From an uncultured Actinomycetes bacterium (lineage in GTDB: Bacteria > Actinomycetota > Thermoleophilia > Miltoncostaeales > Miltoncostaeaceae): a DNA stretch of 64,000 nt. The notes beneath the pieces were generated by a model. The model was not told the DNA's origin and did no database searches. It saw only the letters and a list, made by a program, of their open reading frames with translations. Both the position numbers and the translations under genes were made by a program. Positions 37,818 through 49,337 of this stretch are shown piece after piece (the first letter of the stretch is position 1; each line of letters opens with the position of its first letter). Location: the NCBI GenBank assembly GCA_903943955.1, contig CAJAPZ010000082.1, forward strand, positions 2,078-66,077, in the 5' to 3' direction.

Positions 37818-38651
37818 CTGGGAACGGCCTTCGTCACCGGCGCCACCGGCCTCATCGGCGGCGCAGTGGTGGATGCACTCCTCGAGCAGGGTGTGGAGGT
37901 AACGGCGCTTGCCCGTACCGATCGGGGCGCGTGGGCGCTTCGCGATCGTGGCGCCACGACCATCCGGGCTGACATCGGGGAGTCGATCCAGTGGGACCGT
38001 GCGGCACAGGACGCCGAGGTTATCTTCCATCTGGGCCTCCCGCGCATTACGCCACCGGTACGCGGGCGACACCTGCGCAAGTTGGAGCGTGAGGCCCAGG
38101 CCGGCGCAGAGATCATTCACGACATCGCCGCCGGCCGGGATGTGGTGATGGGCACGTGCGCGATTGGCGACGCAGATGGTCCTCTCGATATCGCCCGCCC
38201 GGGCCTGGCGGCTGAGCGTGCGCTGGTGGGTCCCGGTGTACGGATCGTGCGCCTGCCCTGGGCCTATGGCCCCTCCGGATTTATCTGCGACATGTCGCGC
38301 GGGCTGCAGATGCGTCGGTTTCGCATTGTGGGAGCGGGTGACAACCCCATCGCGGTCATCGGCGCCCGTGACGCCGCCGCGGCAATCATCGCGGCATCGG
38401 CAGCGCCAGAGGGCACCTACACAGTGGCCGAGGAGTCGATGCCCACGCAGGTCGAGTTGGTGCACCTCATGTGCACCACACGGGGCGTACCCCGCCCCGA
38501 CCACCTGCCGGCGCGTATGGCGTCAATGGCCATGGGGGGAGTCATCGTCGAGGCCCTCACCGCGCATCAGCGGGTCGAGATGGCGCCACCGCCGGGCTTC
38601 ACGCACTCCCAGCGATGGGACGACGACCTGATGGACGCCCTCAGGACCTAG
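37818..38651 (+). CDS. NAD-dependent epimerase/dehydratase (SDR) family protein; start codon unresolved (non-canonical start or damaged 5' end)
   Basis: The in-frame FVTGATGLIGGAVVDALLEQG Rossmann loop is encoded at 37830-37892. The first canonical start after the in-frame stop at 37734 is GTG 37866, inside that loop. I placed the start provisionally at CTG 37818. Confidence 0.55.
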   Translation: MGTAFVTGATGLIGGAVVDALLEQGVEVTALARTDRGAWALRDRGATTIRADIGESIQWDRAAQDAEVIFHLGLPRITPPVRGRHLRKLEREAQAGAEIIHDIAAGRDVVMGTCAIGDADGPLDIARPGLAAERALVGPGVRIVRLPWAYGPSGFICDMSRGLQMRRFRIVGAGDNPIAVIGARDAAAAIIAASAAPEGTYTVAEESMPTQVELVHLMCTTRGVPRPDHLPARMASMAMGGVIVEALTAHQRVEMAPPPGFTHSQRWDDDLMDALRT

Positions 38652-38965
38652 CTGTCGGCGTCGAGTGCTTCCGGCGGAATGATGGGAAGTTCGGTGGCGT
38701 GCTGCACGCGTCCGCCCACCTGGTAGCGCAGGTCAACCACGTCGGCCTTCTGGTCGCCGTAGACGCCCACGCCGGCCAGAAGCGCCATCTTGCGGCCGAA
38801 GCCCTTCGACTTGACCTTCGGAACGAGGGGGGTGGTGAACCGGAGCCACCGTCCCTCAACGGTGTAGTGCTCGCCCTCGTGCCGTGGTTCGCCATTTACC
38901 CACACGCTGAACGGTGTCTCGGCACCTTCGGGCAGGGCCACATTCCATGTGCGGGAGTCGGCCAT
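38648..38965 (-). CDS. hypothetical protein (105 aa)
   Basis: Balanced composition with no recognisable motif. It is convergent with the SDR gene and shares the CTAG stop tetranucleotide with it. I trimmed it to ATG 38965. Confidence 0.4.
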   Translation of the reverse strand: MADSRTWNVALPEGAETPFSVWVNGEPRHEGEHYTVEGRWLRFTTPLVPKVKSKGFGRKMALLAGVGVYGDQKADVVDLRYQVGGRVQHATELPIIPPEALDADS

Positions 38966-39002
38966 TCGAACGACATTAGCGGCCACCCGTAGACTTCCGC
39001 GT

Positions 39003-39461
39003 ATGAGAAACCGCACGGTTCGCGCCCTGGCCATCGGTATTGCGTTGGCAGCCATCCCCGCAACGATCGCATCTGCCGAGGCGGTGCGCGAGCTGGTATC
39101 AAGCTCTCCGGCCCAGGGAGCCCCCGGCTATGTGCTCAATATGTACAAAGTCACGATCCCCAAGGGCACCACTCTGCCGCTGCATTATCACCCGGGTACA
39201 CAGCTCGTGCGGGTGCAGCAGGGGGACCTGACCTACACGGTGGAGCGCGGTACCGCGTACCTCAGCATCCCCCGGGCCGGAATGGATCCGAAGAAGATTC
39301 CCATCCGCCCGGGGCAGACGCGGGTGGTGCATCCCGGGCAGGGTGTGGTGGAGCCAGCCGGCATGCGCCACTTCGCCAGCGCACCCACGAGCACCGTGAT
39401 CCTGGTGGTGTCCATCCTCAAGCCGAAGGCCTCGGCGGGCACGATCAACGTCGCCCCGTAG
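39003..39461 (+). CDS. secreted cupin-domain protein
   Basis: Signal peptide ALAIGIALAAIPATIASA, plus cupin motifs LPLHYHPGTQLVRV and GVVEPAGMRHFA. Confidence 0.65.
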   Translation: MRNRTVRALAIGIALAAIPATIASAEAVRELVSSSPAQGAPGYVLNMYKVTIPKGTTLPLHYHPGTQLVRVQQGDLTYTVERGTAYLSIPRAGMDPKKIPIRPGQTRVVHPGQGVVEPAGMRHFASAPTSTVILVVSILKPKASAGTINVAP

Positions 39462-39512
39462 GGCCACCACGAGGGGCATGGCCAGACGGGGGGTCTACAC
39501 TCAGGCCAGCAA

Positions 39513-39585
39513 GCGCGCGTAGCTCAGTGGATAGAGCACTGGCCTCCGGAGCCAGGGGTCGCAGGTTCGAATCCTGCCGCGCGTA
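39513..39585 (+). tRNA. tRNA-Arg (anticodon CCG), no encoded CCA
   Basis: I folded the cloverleaf by hand. The acceptor pairs GCGCGCG with CGCGCGT (G1-U72 wobble). The D arm is GCTCAGTGGATAGAGC. The anticodon stem pairs CTGGC with GCCAG around the loop CTCCGGA. The T arm is GCAGGTTCGAATCCTGC and the discriminator is A. The next bases are ctc. Confidence 0.9.
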
Positions 39586-39603
39586 CTCGTTCGGAGGCAC
39601 TTC

Positions 39604-40146
39604 TTGCGCATCGCGTTGCTTGGCGATACCCATTTCCCGCGGGGGCTGTCGCGTCTCCCCGATGCGTGTCTGGCCGAGTGCCAGGTAGCGGATGCCATTG
39701 TCCACACAGGCGACCTCGCCGACATGGACTGCTTCACCCAGCTGACGGCAATCGGCCCCCCGGTGGTTGCGATCAATGGCAACGCTGATGACGACGCGGT
39801 GAAGGCGTTGCTGCCAGCCACGGCAGAGGTGGAGTTGCCCGGCGGGCGCCGGCTTGGCCTGGTGCACAACGGGGGCCCCGAGACGGGCCGGCTCGCGCGC
39901 CTTCGAAAGCGGTTTCCCGGCTGCACCGCCGTCGCGTTCGGGCACTCGCACATTCCCCTGTGTGCCACCGCGCCCGACGGCTTCATGATCATCAACCCCG
40001 GTAGCGCCACCGACCGGCGCAGGCAGCCGCACCACTCGATGGTGGTGATCGAGGTGGAAGGCGATGGGCCTCTTACTCTGCGGTTTGTGAATCTGGATGA
40101 TGACGGAGCCAATCTTCCGGCCGAACTCATCCGCACTGTGCAATAG
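39604..40146 (+). CDS. YfcE/MJ0936-family metallophosphoesterase
   Basis: Motifs LLGDTHFP, HTGDL, GNADD and GHSH, with a TTG start. Confidence 0.8.
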   Translation: MRIALLGDTHFPRGLSRLPDACLAECQVADAIVHTGDLADMDCFTQLTAIGPPVVAINGNADDDAVKALLPATAEVELPGGRRLGLVHNGGPETGRLARLRKRFPGCTAVAFGHSHIPLCATAPDGFMIINPGSATDRRRQPHHSMVVIEVEGDGPLTLRFVNLDDDGANLPAELIRTVQ

Positions 40147-40155
40147 GGTCAGCGC

Positions 40156-41175
40156 GTGGATCTCCAGGTCACATTCATCGGCACGTCTGCGTCAGTGCCG
40201 AGCGCCGCACGGGGCACGTCGGCCACGCTGGTTGCCCGTGGCGGTGCACGGTGGCTGATCGACTGCGGCGAGGGAACCCAGCGCCAGTTGCTGCGCTCGG
40301 GGCTCGGACTCACCGACGTCGACGCCATCCTGCTCACGCACCTGCACGGCGACCACTTCCTCGGGCTCCCCGGAATGTTCAAGACCTACGGGCTGCGCGG
40401 GCGTGAGCGCGAGCTGCTCCTTGTGGGCCCACCGGGTCTTGAGGCCCTGCTCGACACGTTGCACCCGGTCATCGGCCGACTGCCCTTCCGCCTCGACGTG
40501 ATGGAGGCCTCCCCGGGCGCCGTCATCCGGGAGGACGGCATGGAGCTTCGGGCCTTCCACACCGACCACGGCATCCGCTCCTTGGGGTACGCCCTTGCGG
40601 AGGAGGACCGTCCCGGGGCGTTTGACGTGGACGCGGCCCGTGCGCTGGGCGTGCAGTCGGGACCCGACTTCGGAGTGCTGCAGCGTGGCGGGGAGGTGCG
40701 CGCTGCCGATGGCGCGGTGGTACGTCCGGATCAGGTGATGGGGGAGGCCCGCGAGGGCCGCACCGTCGTGTTCTCGGGCGATACCCGTCCGTGCGCGGGC
40801 ACGGCGGACGCTGCGATGGGTGCCGACCTGCTGGTGCACGAAGCCACGTTTACGTCGGAGGATCGTGACCGGGCGATTGAGACGCGTCACAGCACTGCAG
40901 AGGAGGCCGGCACCTTGGCGCGTGATGCCGGGGTGCGCATGCTCGCGCTCACACACATCAGCACGCGCGTACAGCCGCGCGAGGTGCGACGTGAGGCCGA
41001 GCGGATTGTGAAGTCCGTGGTGGTACCCCGCGACTTTGATCAGGTTGAGATCCCGTTCCGCGAGCGCGGCGAGCCGCGGCTTGTGCCGGTGCAGGAGCGA
41101 CTCGGCCGGGGGGCCCGCGAGGATGGACAGGCAGCCGCGGAGGCTCCTGCTACGCTGCCCGACGCAACCCTTTAA
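40156..41175 (+). CDS. rnz: ribonuclease Z (MBL-fold tRNA 3' endonuclease)
   Basis: VTFIGTSASVPSAARG...WLIDCGEGTQRQLL...LLTHLHGDHFLGLPG. Confidence 0.8.
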   Translation: MDLQVTFIGTSASVPSAARGTSATLVARGGARWLIDCGEGTQRQLLRSGLGLTDVDAILLTHLHGDHFLGLPGMFKTYGLRGRERELLLVGPPGLEALLDTLHPVIGRLPFRLDVMEASPGAVIREDGMELRAFHTDHGIRSLGYALAEEDRPGAFDVDAARALGVQSGPDFGVLQRGGEVRAADGAVVRPDQVMGEAREGRTVVFSGDTRPCAGTADAAMGADLLVHEATFTSEDRDRAIETRHSTAEEAGTLARDAGVRMLALTHISTRVQPREVRREAERIVKSVVVPRDFDQVEIPFRERGEPRLVPVQERLGRGAREDGQAAAEAPATLPDATL

Positions 41176-41177
41176 CG

Positions 41178-41202
41178 CCGGTCCTGTGAGGCCGGGAAGG
41201 AG
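41178..41202 (+). promoter_or_regulatory. PyrR-binding-loop-like hairpin abutting a strong Shine-Dalgarno
   Basis: The CCGG-UCCUGUGAGG-CCGG hairpin at 41178-41195 has a loop resembling the PyrR binding-loop consensus UCCAGAGAGG. The SD GGGAAGGAG at 41194-41202 overlaps the 3' arm. Confidence 0.55.
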
Positions 41203-41209
41203 CAGTCAC

Positions 41210-41260
41210 ATGAGCGCACCCCAGTCCCTGCACGGGCTTTTCGCACCCCCGAACGGGTAG
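41210..41260 (+). CDS. putative 16-codon pyr leader ORF (MSAPQSLHGLFAPPNG)
   Basis: The ATG lies 7 nt after GGAG, and the TAG stop ends 4 nt before the pyrR ATG, which lacks a good SD of its own. Confidence 0.35.
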   Translation: MSAPQSLHGLFAPPNG

Positions 41261-41264
41261 CGCC

Positions 41265-41813
41265 ATGGCTGCCAAGGTTTTGATTGACGCCGAACAGTGC
41301 CGGCGGACGATCGCGCGTATCGCCCACGAGATCGTGGAGCATCACCCCGACCCATCCGCCATCGCGCTTGTGGGGCTGCACACACGCGGCGTTCCACTGG
41401 CCGATCGCCTCCGCGCACTCATCACCGAGTTCTCGGGGGCCACCCCGGCCATCGGGTCGGTGGACATCGCCCTGTACCGCGACGACGTCGGTGTGGGCGG
41501 CGGACGCCGCGGCGTTGTGCCGGTGGTGGGTGAGACGGTGCTCGACTTCGACATCGGCAAGCACTCGGTCATTCTGGTGGACGATGTCCTGTTCACGGGG
41601 CGCACAATCCGCGCCGCCATCGACGCGGTGTTTGATTACGGTCGGCCCCCGCTTGTGGAACTCGCGGTGCTCGTTGACCGGGGGCACCGTGAGCTGCCCA
41701 TCCGTCCCGACTACGTGGGCCGCAACCTGCCCACCGGGCCGGGCGAGCGCATCACGGTGCATCTGGCTGAGATCGACGGGTCTGACGAGGTGCTGTTGGA
41801 GGCAACCGCATGA
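41265..41813 (+). CDS. pyrR: bifunctional pyr operon regulator / uracil phosphoribosyltransferase PyrR
   Basis: IARIAHEIVEHH and the PRPP-binding loop VILVDDVLFTGRTIRAA. Confidence 0.9.
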   Translation: MAAKVLIDAEQCRRTIARIAHEIVEHHPDPSAIALVGLHTRGVPLADRLRALITEFSGATPAIGSVDIALYRDDVGVGGGRRGVVPVVGETVLDFDIGKHSVILVDDVLFTGRTIRAAIDAVFDYGRPPLVELAVLVDRGHRELPIRPDYVGRNLPTGPGERITVHLAEIDGSDEVLLEATA

Positions 41814-42766
41814 GCGCGCGCTCGTCGCTCATCCGCATCGGTGACCTCGACGTCGATGGGATCGGGCGCATTCTTGGTACGGCCGAGCGCTTTGGCGAGG
41901 TGATGGAGCGGGATATCAAGAAGGTGCCCACGCTCCGGGGGCGCACGGTCATCAATCTGTTTCTCGAGCCATCCACCCGCACGTCGACATCATTCGAACT
42001 CGCGGCCAAGCGGCTGTCGGCCGACGTGGTGAGCATCAAGGGCGCCGGCACCAGCATGGACAAGGGTGAGACCCTCAAGGACACCATTCGCACACTCGAG
42101 GCCTACGACCCCGACGTGTTCGTGGTGCGCCACCCCCAGGTTGGTGCCTGCGACGTTGTGGCCCGGCACACCAGCGCAGCAGTGGTCAACGCTGGTGACG
42201 GCACCGGGGAGCACCCCACTCAGGCACTGCTTGACCTCTACACGGTGCAGCGTGAGATCGCTCCCATCGAGGGATTGCATGTGGCATTCGTGGGTGACGT
42301 GCTGCATTCACGGGTCGCACGGTCGGGCATCTCGGCATTTCGCATGATGGGCGCGAAAGTCACGGTTGTCGCGCCCCCCACTCTCGTGCCCCGCTACCTC
42401 GGCGAAGCCCTTGGCACCGAAGTGTCCGCCGATATCCGCGACATCGCAGATGCCGACGTCGTGTACGTACTTCGTATGCAGCTCGAGCGCATGGGCACCG
42501 GCGGGTTTGTGCCCTCGCTTGAGGAGTACGCACGTATGTATCAGGTCAATCACAGCCGGCTGCGTACCGGCCAGCGGGTGATGCACGCAGGTCCTGTCAA
42601 TCGCGGGGTCGAGATCAGCGGAAAGGTGGTCGACGATCCGTCGACGCTCATTGAGGCCCAGGCCGGAAATGGATTGGTGGTGCGCATGGCGGTGCTCTAC
42701 GACGTGCTGAGCGAGTCGCAGACGGCGGCCCCGGGCGTGCCCGGCGTCACATTGGAGGCGGCATGA
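41810..42766 (+). CDS. pyrB: aspartate carbamoyltransferase catalytic subunit
   Basis: EPSTRTSTSFE, HPTQALLD and HSRVARS motifs. Confidence 0.95.
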   Translation: MSARSSLIRIGDLDVDGIGRILGTAERFGEVMERDIKKVPTLRGRTVINLFLEPSTRTSTSFELAAKRLSADVVSIKGAGTSMDKGETLKDTIRTLEAYDPDVFVVRHPQVGACDVVARHTSAAVVNAGDGTGEHPTQALLDLYTVQREIAPIEGLHVAFVGDVLHSRVARSGISAFRMMGAKVTVVAPPTLVPRYLGEALGTEVSADIRDIADADVVYVLRMQLERMGTGGFVPSLEEYARMYQVNHSRLRTGQRVMHAGPVNRGVEISGKVVDDPSTLIEAQAGNGLVVRMAVLYDVLSESQTAAPGVPGVTLEAA

Positions 42767-44091
42767 GCACCTACGTGCCTAATTCGCGGGTGCGGCTGCC
42801 GCAGCGCCCCGGTGCGCGTGCGAACGTCGTCATTCGCGGCGCGCGGATCCTTGATCCGGCCGCCGGAATCGACCGCGAGGGCGATCTGGTCGTCCGTGAC
42901 GGTGTTATCGGGGGCGACCCAGACGGCCTTGAGGTGGTTGACGGCAGGGGGCTCACCGTCATTCCCGGCCTTGTCGACGTGCACGTGCACCTGCGCACGC
43001 CGGGCAAGGAGCATGCCGAGGACATTGCCACCGGCACCGCCAGCGCTGCGGCCGGCGGTGTGGTGACCGTGCTCGCCATGCCCAACACCCAGCCGCCAAC
43101 CGACAGCCCGAGCATTCTCGGCTCGCTGCTCGACCGCGCCGCGCGCGAGGCCGTGGTTCCAACCGGCTTCATTCCCGCAATTACGGTGGGGCAGATGGGC
43201 GACCAGCTGACCGAGCACGGTGATCTGGCCGAGGCCGGCGCCGCGGCACTGTCGGATGACGGTGTGCCTGTCGCCAATGCATCAGTGATGCGCCGGGCTC
43301 TCCAGTACCAGAAGGCTGCAGACCTGCTCTTCACGTTGCACGAGGAGGACATGAGCCTCTCGGGGGCCGGTGTGATGCATGAGGGCGTTATCTCCGCGCG
43401 CATCGGGCTGGCTGGGATCCCCGGCGTGTCGGAGGCGGTTCAGGTGGCGCGCGACTGTTCGCTGGCGGCATACGAAGATGCCCGGATCCATATCTGTCAT
43501 GTGTCCGCACGCGAAACGGTGGAGGAGATCCGCCTGGCGAAGGCCCGCGGGGTGTCCGTGACCGCTGAGGTCACGCCACACCACCTGCTGCTCACCGATC
43601 AGGTGGTGGGTGACGACCCCGACCCGGCCAAGTTCAAGATGAACCCGCCACTGCGTGGATCGGACGACCGGGAGGCGCTCATCGAGGCGCTCATCGACGG
43701 CACGCTCGACTGCATTGCCACCGACCACGCGCCGCACCCGGCAGATGAGAAGGAGAACCCGTTCGCGGCTGCGCCGTTTGGTGTGATCGGGCTGGAGACG
43801 GCCTTCGCGGCGTGCCACACCGAGTTGGTGGTGGGAGGTCGGATGGATCTTTCAGACCTGGTGCTGCGCATGAGCACCAACCCGGCTCGCATCTTCGGGC
43901 TTCCGGTTCCCTCCCTCGCCGATGGCGCACGCGCAGACCTCGCTGTTGTCGATCTTGCCGCCACCGATGTGGTGGGCGAGCGGCCGTACGCAAGCAAATC
44001 AACCAACGCGGCCTTCGTCGGCATGCAACTCACCGGACAGGTCGTCATGACCCTCGCCGGTGGCCAGGACGTCTATCGGAGGAACGCGTGA
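42763..44091 (+). CDS. pyrC: dihydroorotase
   Basis: GLVDVHVHLRTPG metal-binding HxH, and ATDHAPH. Confidence 0.9.
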   Translation: MSTYVPNSRVRLPQRPGARANVVIRGARILDPAAGIDREGDLVVRDGVIGGDPDGLEVVDGRGLTVIPGLVDVHVHLRTPGKEHAEDIATGTASAAAGGVVTVLAMPNTQPPTDSPSILGSLLDRAAREAVVPTGFIPAITVGQMGDQLTEHGDLAEAGAAALSDDGVPVANASVMRRALQYQKAADLLFTLHEEDMSLSGAGVMHEGVISARIGLAGIPGVSEAVQVARDCSLAAYEDARIHICHVSARETVEEIRLAKARGVSVTAEVTPHHLLLTDQVVGDDPDPAKFKMNPPLRGSDDREALIEALIDGTLDCIATDHAPHPADEKENPFAAAPFGVIGLETAFAACHTELVVGGRMDLSDLVLRMSTNPARIFGLPVPSLADGARADLAVVDLAATDVVGERPYASKSTNAAFVGMQLTGQVVMTLAGGQDVYRRNA

Positions 44092-44651
44092 GCATCCGTC
44101 ACCCCGCGCTGGCCCGTCGCGAGGACGCGGGCCTCATCATTATTGACGTCCAAGATGCGTTTCGGCCGGTCATCGACGGCTTCGACTCCGTGGTTGCCAA
44201 CTGCGGTCTGCTGGCGGAGGGCTTCGGCGTGATGGGTCGCCCGGTCATCGTCACGGAGCAGTACCCGAAAGGGCTCGGCCACACGGTGCCCGAGCTTGCT
44301 GAGCGCCTGCCCGAGGGGACGCCGGTCATTGAGAAGACCCGGTTCTCGGCCTGTGGGGTGGAGGGGTTTGAATCGGCCTACGACGCTGCCCGGTGCGAGA
44401 CCTGGGTGGTGTGCGGCATTGAGGCCCACGTGTGCGTCAACCAGACGGTGCACGACCTGCTCTCACGTGGGGCGTCGGTGCACGTGGCAGCCGACGCCGT
44501 GAGTTCGCGCACCGCGGCCAACCGCGACGCCGGGCTCGCGAAGGCCGCCCAGGCGGGCGCCCATGTGACATCAGCCGAGATGGTGCTGTTCGAGATGCTT
44601 GGCCAAGCGGGCGGACCGGAGTTCAAGGCGATCTCGGCGCTGGTCAGATGA
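44088..44651 (+). CDS. isochorismatase-family cysteine hydrolase
   Basis: D-K-C triad context: LIIIDVQDAF, EKTRFSA and VVCGIEAHVCVNQT. It overlaps pyrC by GTGA and carA by ATGA. Confidence 0.8.
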   Translation: MSIRHPALARREDAGLIIIDVQDAFRPVIDGFDSVVANCGLLAEGFGVMGRPVIVTEQYPKGLGHTVPELAERLPEGTPVIEKTRFSACGVEGFESAYDAARCETWVVCGIEAHVCVNQTVHDLLSRGASVHVAADAVSSRTAANRDAGLAKAAQAGAHVTSAEMVLFEMLGQAGGPEFKAISALVR

Positions 44652-45705
44652 GCGCGGTCATCGTGCTGGAAGATGGCCTGGTGCTGCCGGCGCGCGCTGC
44701 GGGTGCGCGCGGAACGGCGCTTGGTGAGATGGTGTTCACCACCGGCATGATTGGCTATCAGGAGGCGGTCACCGACCCGTCATACATGGGGCAGATTCTC
44801 ACCTTCAGCGCTCCCATGATTGGCAATTACGGCACAGGTGACCGGTGTCTCGAGAGCCCGCGCGTGTGGCCGGAGGCGGTCATCGCCACGCGCATCGGTG
44901 ACTCCCCGGGGGTGGCAGGTGGCACGGGGTTCAGGTCGTGGCTCATCGCGCAGGGCGTGGTGGCGGTGGAGGACGCCGACACCAGGCGCCTTGTACGTCA
45001 TCTGCGCGACAACGGCGCCATGCGTGGCGGGGTGAGTACCGAGATGGGCGCTGAGGAGCTTCTGGCGTTGGTGCGCGAGCACCCGTCGCTCGATGGCCGC
45101 GACCTCGCGTCAGAGGCCGCCGGGGTTGCCCGCACGTTGGGCGACGATGGCCCCCGCATCGTGGCGGTGGATTGCGGCATGAAGGAGGGGATCCTGCGCG
45201 GACTCGCCGGAGCCGGGATGCGCGTTGAGGTGGTACCCGCCGGCATTACGGCAGATGAGATCCTCGCCCTTGGCCCCGACGGGGTGTTCATCTCCAATGG
45301 GCCTGGCGATCCCGCTGCGGTCACGCCGGTCATTGAGGCGGTCCGGGGCGTGCTGGGTCAGGTTCCGCTGTTCGGCATCTGCCTTGGCCATCAGATGCTG
45401 GCCCATGCGCTCGGGCTGCGCACCGAGAAGTTGCCGTTCGGGCACCGTGGCGCCAATCACCCCGTTCAGCGGGCAGAGGACGGAGTTGTGGAGATCACTG
45501 TGCAAAACCATGGGTACGCGGTGGCAGCAGATTCACTGCCGGACGGCGTGCAGGTCACCCGCACAAGCCTTTTCGACGGCTCGGTGGAGGGTCTGGCGGC
45601 GCCGGAGCTACTGGCGGCATCGGTGCAGTACCACCCCGAGGCGCGGCCGGGGCCGCATGACGCGGCGTATCTGTTCCGCTCGTTCCGCGATCGGGTGGTG
45701 GCCTG

Positions 45706-45706
<1 letters not shown>
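44648..45706 (+). CDS. carA: carbamoyl-phosphate synthase small (glutaminase) subunit
   Basis: [18 protein letters not shown] and catalytic [10 protein letters not shown] trimmed it to ATG 44648. Confidence 0.95.
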
Positions 45707-48885
<3,179 letters not shown>

Positions 48886-48984
48886 TCTGGCAACACTCTC
48901 CTGCTGAAAGCGAACTTCGTCATGGAAAGTTGGGTCATCGGGCGGGTTGCCAACGGCGGTGCCGCGTGGGTACGCTGACGCCTG

Positions 48985-49317
48985 ATGGCGACTCCTTCAA
49001 AGACGGCACAGACGCCGCAGCGCTCGCTCGACCAGCGTCTGGACGCTCTGCGCCGGGCAAATGAGATCCGCTCGCTTCGCGCGAAGCTGAAGAAGGATCT
49101 GAAGTCCGGGGGGGAATCGGTGGACGAGGTCATCAAAGCGCCTCCCGAGTACGTGCTCACCGCGAAGGTGTTCGACATCATCGTGGCGGCCCCGAAGTAC
49201 GGGAAGGTCAAGGCCACCCGCTTGCTCAATCAGTGCCGCATCTCTCAGGGGAAGACCCTCGGGGGGCTGTCCACACGCCAGCGTGACGAACTGGTCAACC
49301 TGCTCAAGCAGCGATAG
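48985..49317 (+). CDS. mihF: actinobacterial integration host factor mIHF
   Basis: RRANEIRSLRAKLKKDLKSG...KVKATRLLNQCRISQGKTLGGLSTRQRDEL, positioned before gmk. Confidence 0.85.
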   Translation: MATPSKTAQTPQRSLDQRLDALRRANEIRSLRAKLKKDLKSGGESVDEVIKAPPEYVLTAKVFDIIVAAPKYGKVKATRLLNQCRISQGKTLGGLSTRQRDELVNLLKQR

Positions 49318-49337
49318 CCACGGCGCACCGGGTCTTC

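Noticed and set aside
39462-39603. tRNA-Arg as a possible integration hotspot or genomic-island border
   Set aside because: There is no integrase, no duplicated tRNA 3' segment, no compositional shift, and the flanking genes are ordinary.
41221-41245. Second PyrR-like loop or intrinsic terminator (AGUCCCUGCACGGGCUUUUCGC) inside the pyr leader ORF
   Set aside because: Only a 3-bp CCC/GGG stem can form, the U-run is 4 nt, and the loop departs from the PyrR consensus. This is not enough to call a Bacillus-style attenuator.
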